From Octopus sinensis (taxonomy: Eukaryota), in NCBI RefSeq assembly GCF_006345805.1, contig NC_042999.1:7006001-7070000 (forward strand): a stretch of DNA of 64,000 nucleotides. The letters run 5' to 3'. A model generated the notes under the pieces. It ran no database searches, was not told where the DNA came from, and worked only from the letters and a program-made list of their open reading frames with translations. This document shows positions 52,778 through 64,000 of the stretch, piece by piece (the stretch's first letter is position 1; every line of letters starts with the position of its first letter). The translations under genes and the position numbers were made by a program.

Positions 52778-53000
52778 TACAGGACACCACAAATAAACGT
52801 AGAACTCAACGAGAAACGAAAACATAAAAACAAACTAGGAAACGGACTTTTTTGAACAACGAAAAAAACAGAGTACAAGACAAACAATACAAGGAATATT
52901 CCCCTTCATCAGCTGTCCCTGGTTCGACTCAATGCGTGTTTCGAAGGTAAGGACAGAACACGATCCGGCCGAACCAGTCCTTCCTGCAAAAGAATTAAAT
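52630..53000 (-). mobile_element. Probable Penelope-like terminal repeat fragment; related to 62695-62925
   Basis: Shared GTACAGGACACCACAAATAAACGTAGAAC..GTACAAGACAAAC; carries a hammerhead core. Confidence 0.6.
52901..52962 (-). ncRNA. Hammerhead-ribozyme-like motif with non-canonical strand order
   Basis: CGTGT-T-CTGTCC / CCTTC-GAAA-CACG / GGGACAG-CTGATGA-A-GGGG; stems I, II and III can all be formed. Confidence 0.5.
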
Positions 53001-53414
53001 AAAATTCCTTTGCTGAGTACTGTATTTATATTTGCATTTGTAAACACACACATACACACACACATACATACATACACACATACATACATACATACATACA
53101 TACATACATACATACATACATACATACATACATACATACATGTATGTGCTTATGTATGTATGTGTGTGTGTATGTGTGTGTGTGTATGTTTAGTGGAGGA
53201 TCATTTGCTAGCAAGTGTTTTCCGACTTTGAGACAGCCAGGATCAACACCCCGAATGAGATATAAGTACCCGGCGTGCAACCGAGTCCAATCTACCCACA
53301 AATGACGAGGGGTCACTTGTGTAACGTTTACACCTGGATCTGCAAATCTCGAACAGGTCTGTATTCCCTCATGAGGCGACAAAGCATATATATATGTATG
53401 TATATATATATATG

Positions 53415-53447
<33 letters not shown>

Positions 53448-53812
53448 CTGTAAACGTAATAGGTGACACTTATTCGGTAGCCATGATAAAACTCCGTGTT
53501 TCGGATGTCGGGGTGGAAACCCACGCTGTTTTCCGGCCATCGGAAAAAATGCTATGAAAATGACCGTTAAACAAACGGAAATTACTGTGTGATTGACCGT
53601 TATTAAGACGAAAGGGCTATTAGAATCACCGCTAAATGAGAGGAGAGAGTAAAGGTAAGGGAGTAAAAATGTTCATAGTATTCGCGTAAGCGCGCATATC
53701 CATACCCAGACATGCGCACCCGCACACCCTCGTACGTGCACCTATAAGTAAACACTCATATCTATTCCTCTATTTACATAATATGGAGGTCCCTTTCATT
53801 CTTTTGTTGTCT

Positions 53813-53918
<106 letters not shown>

Positions 53919-54240
53919 TGTAATCTTTCTAACATGGCATGGGAAGACGACAATCATGGAAAAAAGAAAGAAAAATAATGGACGTTGTCCATATTATAAA
54001 CATGAGGAAACGATAGAATCTTAATCTTTTTCTGAAGACTATATATTCGTATCAAGGAACATATGTAAACAAACACATCGTTCGTAAAATACCCGGAGAA
54101 ATGTTACACTCATGTCTTTACGGTAACCATTAAGGAAACGTAACGTCGGCAGTTTGAGGATAAAAGAAACTCTCCTTAATATCAAACTAAGTCCGTCGAT
54201 CAATAACCGACACGAGTTAGACGAGGGTATTTGGTTATTG

Positions 54241-54567
54241 AAGGTGCGTGGCTTAGTGGTTAGGGCATTCGACTGACGATTGTAAGGTCGTGAGTTCGAT
54301 TCCCGGCGATGCGTTGTGTCCTTGAGCAAGACACTTTATTTCACGTTGCTCCAGTTCATTCAGCTGGCAAAAATGAGTTGTACCTGTATTTCAAAGGGCC
54401 GGCCTTGTCACACTCTGTGTCACGCTGAATCTCCCTGAGAATTACGTTAGGGGTACACGTGTCTGTGGATTGCTCAGTCACTTGCACGTTAATTTCCCGA
54501 GCAAGCTGTTCCGTTGATCGTATCAGCTGGGACCCTCATCGTCGTAACCGACGGAGTGCTCCTCCCC
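54241..54567 (+). mobile_element. SINE-C
   Basis: TSD TATTTGGTTATTG; A/B boxes; CORE-like TTGTGTCCTTGAGCAAGACACTT. Confidence 0.92.
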
Positions 54568-54682
54568 TATTTGGTTATTGAAGCGTATACCGTTCTATGC
54601 ATGTTACCATCACCTTCCCACCCTGTAAACTGTCCTTCATTTTCTTCTGATGGAAGGGTATAAACTCCGAAATATACAAATA

Positions 54683-55078
54683 CTAGCAGTATCGCCCGGC
54701 GTTGCTCGGGTTTGTTTCGACCTTTTAGAATTGAAAGTTTTTGAAAAGTAAAAATTTTACATTATGTAGCTTCTTGTTATACTCTTTAAGTGAACATTTT
54801 TCTGGTTGAAATACACCGAAAGATGGCGATAGAGCAGTCAAAATATCGTTAACAATTAGGGATTTTCATAGAAAAAAGCACTTTTTTGATGTAAATAATT
54901 TTTGTTCTTTTCATGGTCCGATTTGAATTTTATCTTCTACGGAATGAAGAGCAAGCCTTCTTCTATCATACTCTCAATTTTGGTCAACTTGCGTCGCAGG
55001 GTCTCGGAGGAGATAGTGTTAGTTGAAGGTTACCAAACCTGCCACACACAGACAACTTCAGCTTTATATAGAGAGAGA
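54683..55078 (-). mobile_element. Non-autonomous Helitron with a different interior
   Basis: Same CTAG/hairpin end as 26083; 5' TC end at 55078. Confidence 0.8.
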
Positions 55079-55319
55079 TAAGGTAAAGTGCAAACTGTTG
55101 TCCAGTCTTTCTTAGTTCCATTTTCACTCCTATATTTTCAATTTACATTGCATTCGCTTTTGAACGATTTCGGTTTGTGCGAGTTTGTTTATATATAAAT
55201 GTATACATACACATGTACGTATACATACGTTGAATTACTAGCTTTCAAGCATACAATATTCAACTATGCAATGTACTTTTGATTTCAAAGAGAGTATTTC
55301 ATGATTACAATCAGGATTT

Positions 55320-55573
55320 GTGTGTGTATACCATCTATGTATGTATATGAATGTGTGTGCGTATCTATACATGTATATATATATATGTATGTATATATAT
55401 GCATATATACATGTATATATATATATGCATATATATACACATAAATATATATATATATATATTATATATATATATATATATGCATATATATATGTGTGTG
55501 TATATATATATATATATGCATATATATATGTGTGTTATATATATATATATGCATATATATATGTGTGTGTATA

Positions 55574-55648
<75 letters not shown>

Positions 55649-55680
55649 GTGTGTGTATGTTTGTGAGTATGTATATGAAT
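55320..55680. repeat. (TA)/(TG) microsatellite
   Basis: Direct. Confidence 0.95.
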
Positions 55681-56984
55681 ACATAAATTCTATGAAAAAA
55701 CTTCCTGAAATTGAGGAGAGTTGTGAAGTCATTCACAAAAATCGTTAGAAAAAGGCTTCTGCATGAATATCATTTGAAAACGATATAATCAATAATTATT
55801 CCGATAAAACGTTTAACAGGTAAACATTGATCTATAACAAAGAATTTCTATGAGTTAAGCATGGATTAATCTGCCGCACACAATACGGAAAATATGAAAA
55901 TACATCGGAACACTGGAACCTTAAAAAGTCCATAAATATGACATCGAAATATTTCTTTTTTTTTTTTTTCTCTTTTTAGTGACGTATTGCATCCTGAATT
56001 ATCTAACTCTGCGATTCTCCAATTTTATTTTCGAGCTGAAACAGCTGTTCCAATATAAATGAACGATAAATTTATTATTGTAACAAAAGATAAAATAATA
56101 TTTTTCCCACACATTATTTCGTATTCATTGATAATAAAATTTCACACCTCTTTTCAAGAACGCGAGAAACGGTAAAACGTTTTGTTTCTTTTTATTGAGC
56201 ATGTCTTTCAAAATTTGAAGTATGATTCTAATCTCTATAGGTGTTTCTTTTTTCCTTTGAAGTTAACGTTAGGTCGACTAAATGTATTGTAAATTTAATA
56301 CCTTTTACGAAAAAAAAAATTTAAGTAGAATTTTTTGTATAATTTTTCGAAGTATATTCATTGATTATATTTTATGCAGGAAATCATTATTTAGCTTCTT
56401 CACGGATACAATGTGCGACTGACGCACATTCAACACAAAAGCGGAATCGTTACATTCCTATGGCTGTCGTTACAGTAGCTGTTTTAGAAATTATGACGCA
56501 GTTTAACAAAACTATTTTTATCATACCGAAAACTTATTAACTTTATGAATGCTGCCCTTTCAAAGGGCGGTGAATAAGAAAAAGAACAGTGATTCTTGAT
56601 ATCTCATACTATTTTACTATTTCCTTTTGTTTATCCATATCCTCTTGATAGTTCTTACTTCAGATTCTTTATTTCTAGAGTCTATTTATCATCGTTACGA
56701 GGAAATCATTGAATGAAATACATTAGACTGTGTAGAAATTTATCTGCATTTTACCGAATCAACAGAGATTTGTTTGGGGAGTAAGGTTGAGGTAGGATAA
56801 AAGACAATTTTAATGTTGCCTTCTCTAAAAATTCTTGGCTTTTAATTATGAAATAAAGTTACTTCCTTATTTGACAATTTAATCTACCTGACCATTTAAA
56901 AAATTAACCGTAACGAATTTCAAAATACGGAATAAAATTTATGATTAATAGCTTATTTCGAAATGATTAAAGACTGAAATAATT

Positions 56985-57330
56985 CTTCCGACGTTGCTGG
57001 AGGCTTTCAGGACTACTCAGTCTGTTTTTATGCAACTCAAACCTGTACAGAATGCAATAGTGACAAAGGATCAGGATAAGAAGACATTCTAAAAACAAGT
57101 CAAGGTATAGGTATGAGTGCACAACGTCTCAACGTCATGGATTTGAGGCTCTAGATTACACCTTACAAGAATTGCAAGGTAACTTTAACATCATGGATAG
57201 AGTCAGAATTTGGACCTCTGCTGAGTGAGTTCAAGGAGACTTTCCCGTTCACCGCCGAGGACACACCTGCCAATTGGTTCACAGCATGCCTTCAAGTATG
57301 CAATATTTGGAGCCTTGATGAGACGAGAGA
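56985..57330 (+). pseudogene. Helitron PIF1-type helicase relic
   Basis: TLLEAFRTTQSVF, YECTTSQRHGFEALDYTLQELQGNFNIM and LLSEFKETFP..DTPANWFTACL resemble WDECTMxHxxxFEALDRTLQDLR and GDFRQTLP..TPADExNACLK. Confidence 0.7.
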
Positions 57331-57461
57331 AGACAGTTCGTCTTCCTATGAACATAACTTTATAGATTGAATGTATAACATTGTTTCTCTCTGAATTCTT
57401 CAGACATAATCTTAAACACCGTTTAGATTTTACAGTAATCTGCAACTATATAGTGCCTGTG

Positions 57462-57538
<77 letters not shown>

Positions 57539-57546
57539 TAGTGCCT

Positions 57547-57588
<42 letters not shown>

Positions 57589-57616
57589 TAGTGCCTGTGA
57601 TATATATATCTATATA

Positions 57617-57669
<53 letters not shown>

Positions 57670-57677
57670 TAGTGCCT

Positions 57678-57721
<44 letters not shown>

Positions 57722-57747
57722 TAGTGCCTGTGATATATATATAATAT

Positions 57748-57791
<44 letters not shown>

Positions 57792-57804
57792 ATAGTGCCT
57801 GTGC

Positions 57805-57834
<30 letters not shown>

Positions 57835-57836
<2 letters not shown>

Positions 57837-59432
57837 TGCAGCGCAGCTGTGTTTTAAGATGCCTGCTTCCCAACCACATGGTTCTGGGTTCCATTTCACT
57901 GCGTGGCACCTTCGGTAAATATCTTTTGCTATGGCCTCGGGCCGACCAAAGAAACCTTGCGAGTGGATTTGGTAGACGGAAACTGAAAGAACCCCGCCGT
58001 ATATACAGGGATTGGACAAAATAATGGAACCACCTAGCATCATAGCATCGTAATTTTGAAATATCTATAAAACCGTCAAAAGCTCGTTTAATATTTCAAT
58101 TATTATTAGTGTTGCTTAATATTTTTTGCTAAAATTGCTGTTTCTTTTCAGATATTATCAGAAAAAGGAAATTAAAATTCATTAAACTGACAGATCTATC
58201 GGAGTTTCAAAAGGTCAAATTGTTGGTGCTCGTATGGCAGGTAACGGAAACAGCCGAAATGTTTGATATATCAAGAATCAAGAAGTACTGTCCCGAAAGT
58301 AATGAAAAACTTCCTCGACGAAACAAAACTCCAAAAGGATCACAAAAGTACAGCTCCCCAAATTACTGCAGGTCTTAATGACCACCTCAAGAACCCAGTT
58401 TCCACAAAAACTGTTCGCTGGGAGCTGCACTGAGCCGTATTTCACTGGAGGGCTGCCATCAGAAAACCACTACTTTCAAAAACAAACGTTGCAAAGCGTT
58501 TAGAGTGGACTAAAAACCTACAGAATTGGTCTCTAGAGCAGTGGAAGAATGTTATTTTCTCGGACGAGTCCACTTTTACCTTATTTCCGACCACCGGCCG
58601 AATATACGTGTGAAGACAGCCAAAAGAAGCATTTGACCCAGACTGCCTCGTTGCAACTGTTAAACATGGAGGGGGATCTGTGATGATCTGAGGGGACTAT
58701 ATGTTGGAAATCCGTCGACCCCATGGTTTTCCTTCATGGCAGAATTAAAAGTCAAGACTATTTAAGCATTTTATCTGATCAAATTCATCCTATGGTTTCG
58801 GAACTATTTCCGGAGGGAAACGCAGTCTACCAGGATGACAATGCACCAAGTCACACAGCTAAAGTTGTTATTTAATGGCACGAGGAACATTCTAGTGAAG
58901 TTGAACATCCTATCGGATCACCACAGTCCCTAGATCTCTATATTATTGAACATTTATGGTGCATTTTAGAAAAGCAAGTAAGAAGTCGATATCCTCCACC
59001 ATCATCACTACAAGAAATGGAAACTGTTTTAGCAGAAGAATGGATAAAAATTCCTTTGGAAACAATTCAAACTTTGTACGAGTCCATACCTCATAGAATT
59101 CAACTTGTAATTACTGCCAAAGGTGGTCCTACCTCATATTAAAATATATTTGTTTGAAATGTTAAGGTTTTTCCATTATTTTGTCCAACCCCTGTATATA
59201 TGTGTTTATTTGTGCGTGTGTCTATGTTTGTACGCCCCACCATCGCTGGACAGGCTGTGTTGATGTGTTTACGTCCCCGTAACCTAGCGGTTCGGCAAAG
59301 GAAACCGACAGAATAAGTACTAGGTTCACAAAGAATAAGTCTTGGGGGTCAATGTTTTGCGACTAAAAGGTGGTGCTCCAACATGGCCACAGTCAAATGA
59401 ATGAAATAAATAAAAGAATTAAAGAATTAAAG
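57835..59432 (+). mobile_element. SINE-B split by Tc1
   Basis: 5' half ends at 58005; 3' half resumes at 59195. Confidence 0.85.
58006..59194 (+). mobile_element. Tc1-family DNA transposon (DD34E), decayed transposase
   Basis: TIR CAGGG(A/G)TTGGACAAAATAATGGAA, TA TSD; VIFSDES, KHGGGSVMI, QDDNAPSH, IIEHLW; stops and frameshifts. Confidence 0.93.
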
Positions 59433-59809
59433 AAAATAGCACAGGCACTATATAGTTGTAGATTACTGTAAAATCTAAACGGTGTTTTAGATTACGTCTG
59501 AAGAATTCGGAGAGAAACAATGTTCAGAAAAGTATTAGAAGATTCTAACAATGTATATTTTTTGTGTTTTGTATTTGTTGGTGTTTCTAGAAGAACGGAA
59601 GCTTTTGGAAAAAAGAGCATTGTTCTTTGACAATTATTGATTTCGCATTGGTTGTCTATTTCTTCATATCAGGAAACTCTGGCCTACATTTCGAAGAGTA
59701 ATCAATCTTTGCAAATTCATATTTGAAAATAAATATTACAACGTTATTTTCCATGTTCTGCAGTTTTCTTTTAACATGGATTTCATGTTCAATGGCTAGT
59801 TCTTTTGTA

Positions 59810-59819
59810 CGTACACGCA

Positions 59820-59864
<45 letters not shown>

Positions 59865-60085
59865 GCACACATACACATACGCCCACACACACACACACAC
59901 ACACACCACACACACACACACATACGCACACACACATACGCCCACACATACACACACATACATAATATATCTATGTATGACCTTGTCTAATTTGTCGCTC
60001 TTTACTTATATATATGTATGTGTGTGTTTGTGTGTGTGTGTATGTGTGTTTGTGAGTGTGTTTATGTGTGCATGTGTGTGCGTGC
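59810..60085. repeat. (CA)/(TG) microsatellites
   Basis: Direct. Confidence 0.9.
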
Positions 60086-60494
60086 ATATTAATTGATTAT
60101 TTGAAAGCGACAGAGTTTCACGCTACCGATTATTCAAACGATCGACGAGTAACATGAATGATACTATATAAACTTTACAATTAGTCACCAATAATGCATT
60201 TTTTTTTAATATCAAAAAGCTCGTTCGAAAATGCATCACATATTCGTCTATTCCTGCGACGTATGCCGAAGGACAAAAATGTAGGAAAAGCGGATATTTT
60301 AAAGAAAATTTCGATTTTGATTAATTAAAAAAATACTCGTAATACAATCATATTTCATTTTGTTGTGTCTTGGGAGAGACATTATGCAAATTAGACGCCA
60401 AAACGAAGTAAATGATATTTCAAAGTCGCGGAAATTAATTATGTGGGAAATATAATATTGTTGCTCGTTGGCACCAGGAAATTTCTCCGCACAC

Positions 60495-60535
60495 CTCGGT
60501 GGAAATGTCTGTAAGAATATACCAATTCTGATATT
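60495..60535 (-). CDS. Candidate host exon (ISELVYSYRHFHR), phase-compatible with 61747-61902
   Basis: TTTTTATCAG acceptor, AG|GTGTGC donor. Confidence 0.3.
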
Positions 60536-60685
60536 CTGATAAAAATTTCAGAAAGTAGTAATAAACAGTTATAATATTCTGGGAAACAAAGATCACGTAT
60601 TCTGGATACATTAATGTTGGGTGATGTGTGTTCTACAACGCTGCTTTCAGTTCCATAAATGTTAATATTATTGTCCTTAAATGGA

Positions 60686-61066
60686 AGCACTCCGTCGGTT
60701 ACGACGACGAGGGTTCCGGTTGATCCAATCAACGGAGCAGCCTGCTCGTGAAATTAACGTTTAAGTGGCTGAGTACTCCACAGACACGTGTACCCTTAAC
60801 GTATTTCTCGGGGATATTCAGCGTGACACAGAGAGTGACAAGGCCGGCCCTTTGAAATACAGGTACAACAGAAACAGGAAGTAAGAGTGAGAGAAAGTTG
60901 TGGTGAAAGAGTACAGCAGGGATCACCACTATCCCTGCCGGAGCCTCGTGGAGCTTTTAGGTGTTTTTCGCTCAATAAACACTCACAACGCCCGGTCTGG
61001 GAATCGAAACCGCGATCCTACGACCGCGAGTCCGCTGCCCTAACTACTGGGCCATTGCGCCGCCAC
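60686..61066 (-). mobile_element. SINE-C'
   Basis: TSD TATTGTCCTT. Confidence 0.92.
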
Positions 61067-61094
61067 TATTGTCCTTTAATTGCCATATGAATGA

Positions 61095-61435
61095 CAATTT
61101 TGGCTGCAAATTTTGGTACAAGTTACATATCGATGCCGAGAGTATTAAAGGCAAAGTCAAGCTCGGCAGAATTTTAACTCAGAACGTTAAGTTAGACGGA
61201 ATACTTATTTCTTTATTGCCTACAAGGGGCTAAACATAGAGGGGACAAACAAGGACAGACAAAGGGATTAAGTCGATTACATCGACCCCAGTGCGTAACT
61301 GGTACTTAATTTATCGACCCCGAAAGGATGAAAGGCAAAGTCGACCTCGGCGGAATTTGAACTCAGAACGTAACGGCAGACGAAATGCCGCTAAGTATTT
61401 TGCCTGGCGTGCTAACGATTCTGTCAACTAGCTGT
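61095..61435 (-). mobile_element. SINE-A dimer
   Basis: Family similarity. Confidence 0.88.
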
Positions 61436-61746
61436 CTTTTTAAATATCTATAATATTAACTATTACAAAAATCGGATGTTGACTTTTGAAACATGCTTCC
61501 CTTATATCGATGGCTTTAGGAAGTGTAATTTTTGTCTCTGTTACAGTAATTTACAATTTTGAACAAAAGGTCGGACTTGGTTTGAACAAAAGATTAAGAT
61601 GACCCTTTCGTTAATATTTGTCAAGAAATTTCCAACTACTACAAGTTAAAATGCTGCATTTCTTATGCATTACTTTACTTTTACTATAAAGAAAGAACAC
61701 TTTTGTTTACGAACACTAAAATAAATTAAAACAGCAAGTTGAATAC

Positions 61747-61902
61747 CTCCTGAGTTGCGACGCAAGAAGCTTCAACATTACAAAATATCTACGTTTTCTG
61801 TATTGAGCATTTCTCCGTTCGTTTGTAAATAGAAACTGCCAGAAATCCATGTCTTGGAGCAATAGATCTTCGCCAAACTGTATCAGTGACTGGATATGCA
61901 TT
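61747..61902 (-). CDS. Candidate host coding exon, 156 nt, phase 2-2 (MHIQSLIQFGEDLLLQDMDFWQFLFTNERRNAQYRKRRYFVMLKLLASQLR)
   Basis: Strong acceptor TTTTTTCTCTTTTTATTAAGTTTAG, AG|GTATTC donor, open frame, non-repetitive sequence. Confidence 0.5.
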
Positions 61903-62199
61903 CTAAACTTAATAAAAAGAGAAAAAACTATTAGCAAGTTAACCCCGCAGGAAAAATCATAGAACAAATTCTATTTTCACTTTCATATTCTAGATATCAA
62001 CATTATATGACATGCCTATGGGTACACACATACATACACACACACACACACACACGGACACACATACACATTCTCACATAGACATACGCACACACACTTT
62101 CACATACACACTTACACACACAAACACGCACACGCACGCAGACGCACACACACACAAACACAGAGTAAATTTCCACTCCGTGCAATCTTTTATCTCCTA

Positions 62200-62400
62200 T
62201 TTTTTACTTGTTTCAGTGATTAGACTGCGGTCATACTGCAGCACCGTCAGTGGAGAATTTTCAGTCGAATGACTCAACCCCAGTATTTAAATTTTTTTTT
62301 AAAGCCTGGTACTTCTTTTATCAATGTTTTTTTGCCGAACCGCTAAGGTGACGGAGACGGAAACAAACAGACATCGGTTGCCGAGTGGTGTTGAGGACAC
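62200..62400 (-). mobile_element. Degenerate SINE-B 3' half
   Basis: Family similarity. Confidence 0.7.
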
Positions 62401-62526
62401 ACGCGCGCGCACACACACGACGCATACACACATGCGCACACACACATGCGCACACACACACATATATATGTATATATATATAAATGAAAGAATGGAGTCG
62501 AACGACGATTTAGCACAATTCCTTTA

Positions 62527-62612
62527 TTGTCGACATATGTTTCGAAGACTGCATATTCTTAATTCCGAAGGAATAAAGGGTGCATTATGCCGTTTTCTCA
62601 TCAGGAAGACAA
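62527..62612 (-). ncRNA. Type I hammerhead-like motif of Penelope type
   Basis: TTGTC-ttc-CTGATGA-GAAAA..TCTTC-GAAA-CATATG-TC-GACAA; palindromic stem III, GUC triplet; stem I offset by 3 nt. Confidence 0.5.
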
Positions 62613-62645
62613 GAAACATATGTCAGCATCATGACGAACAAAAAG

Positions 62646-62694
<49 letters not shown>

Positions 62695-62699
<5 letters not shown>

Positions 62700-62925
62700 A
62701 CAATTTAATAAATAAAACATATCCATACATACTTACACATAGCTACATACCTACATCTATATGTATATATACATGCATATATGGGTACAGGACACCACAA
62801 ATAAACGTAGAACATAACTAGAAACGAAAACATAAAAACAAAACAAAGAAACGGACTTTTTTTAACAACGAAAAAACAGAGTACAAGACAAACAACAGAG
62901 GGAACATTCCCCTTCTTCTTATTTC
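62695..62925 (-). mobile_element. Penelope-like terminal fragment, truncated at the hammerhead by a Helitron-proximal junction
   Basis: Similar to 52630-52905. Confidence 0.55.
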
Positions 62926-62948
62926 TTTCCGCTTCAGTTTATCAGAAA

Positions 62949-63439
62949 CTAGCAGTATCGCCCGGCGTTGCTCGGGTTTGTAAGGGAAATAACTATATAA
63001 GCATTTTTAAAGAGTTATAGCCAAAAAATAGCAAAAAAATGCATTGAAAATGGAAAAAAAATGATGGTAAATTAAAAAAAAAATCGTTGACTCATCGTAG
63101 ACATTTCTAGAGAGTTACTTCCCTTATATAATAGCGAAGAAATGCATTAAAATGGAAAAAAATTATGGTAAATTCTTTTAAAAATCGTAGACTCATCGTA
63201 GACATTTTTAGAGAGTTACTTCCCTTAAATAATAGCGAAAAAATGCATTAAAATGGAAAAAAATGATGGTAATTTTTTTTTTAAATCGTAGACGAGCGCT
63301 AATACCCAGAAGGGCTCGATATGAATCACGACTATGAGATACCCGGTTTTGGTTAAACTGCACCGCAAAATGTGGGAGTAGTTAGGAATCTAAATCGTCG
63401 GAGACAGACAGCACACAACCTCACTTTTATATATAAAGA
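62949..63439 (-). mobile_element. Non-autonomous Helitron, same family as 26083-26478, internal repeat x3
   Basis: TC..hairpin-CTAG termini, A/T target. Confidence 0.88.
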
Positions 63440-63572
63440 TATATATTAACACCCCTCTGTTTAGAAAGTCCATCTATCCTCATTTATCAACAGTGATAAA
63501 TAAATCAGCGATAAATGAATCATATTTGTGCACATTGTAAATGGAACAAATAGTAGATTCAGTCGCACAAAT

Positions 63573-63986
63573 GGCGAGCTGGCAGAATCGTTAGCACGCC
63601 GGGCGGAATGCGTAGCCGTATTTCGTCTGCCGCTACGTTCTGAGTTCAAATTCTGCCGAGGTCGACTTTCCCTTTAATCCTTTCGGGGTCGATAAATTAA
63701 GTACCAGTTACACACTGGGGTCGATATAATCGGCTTAAACCGTTTGCCTGTCCTTGTTTGTCATCTCTGTGTTTAGCCCCTTGTGGGTAGTAAAGAAATA
63801 GGTATTTCGTCTGCCTCTACGTTGTGAGTTCAAATTCCGCCGAGGTCGACTTTGCCTTTCATCCTTTCGGGGTCGATAAATTAAGTACCAGTTACGCACT
63901 GGGTTCGATATAATCGACTTAATCCGTCTATCTGTCCTTGTTTGTCCCCTCTATGTTTAGCCCCTTGTGGGTAGTAAAGAAATAGG
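63573..63986 (+). mobile_element. SINE-A dimer
   Basis: Family similarity. Confidence 0.92.
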
Positions 63987-64000
63987 TGTTTATAATGTAT

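Larger units (their letters stand above)
57378..59525. mobile_element. ~90-bp inverted-repeat element enclosing a compound minisatellite, SINE-B and Tc1
   Basis: 57378-57465 is the reverse complement of 59436-59525. Confidence 0.8.

Noticed and set aside
53475-53545. Hammerhead on minus (CCGAAAC..GTTT)
   Set aside because: The core reads CCGATGG, not CTGANGA, and stems I and II are not evident
54241-54310. tRNA genes
   Set aside because: All A/B-box sequences are SINE heads continuing into SINE bodies; no closed cloverleaf with a Pol III terminator was seen

Overview
AT-rich, microsatellite-saturated animal genomic DNA. The SINE repertoire looks like Octopus to me (recognition from memory, not a search). 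It is intronic or intergenic in character, with no complete host gene, rRNA, true tRNA gene or CRISPR array. Most of the window is transposon-derived: three groups of tRNA-derived SINEs (called A, B and C/C'/D here), a 5'-truncated RTE LINE, relics of L1/Tx1, R4-like (RLE) and Penelope elements, a Tc1 (DD34E) element with TIRs and TA TSD, an internally deleted mariner-like element, non-autonomous Helitrons, a Helitron helicase relic, a Helentron/HINE and foldback MITEs. A few exon candidates suggest a large minus-strand host gene, best at 61747-61902. Two observations stand out. (1) Two diverged L1/Tx1-type ORF1 elements with no ORF2 (17.4-19.1 kb decayed; 31.5-33.7 kb with an intact 414-aa ORF) both start at nearly the same base in the anticodon-loop region of a SINE-B head, suggesting an ORF1-only retroelement that targets SINE or tRNA sequence. 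(2) A hammerhead-ribozyme motif at 52901-52962 (minus strand) has all core nucleotides and three stems, but its strand order is not a circular permutation of types I/II/III. Repeat boundaries were read by eye and are approximate unless TSDs or TIRs are cited.
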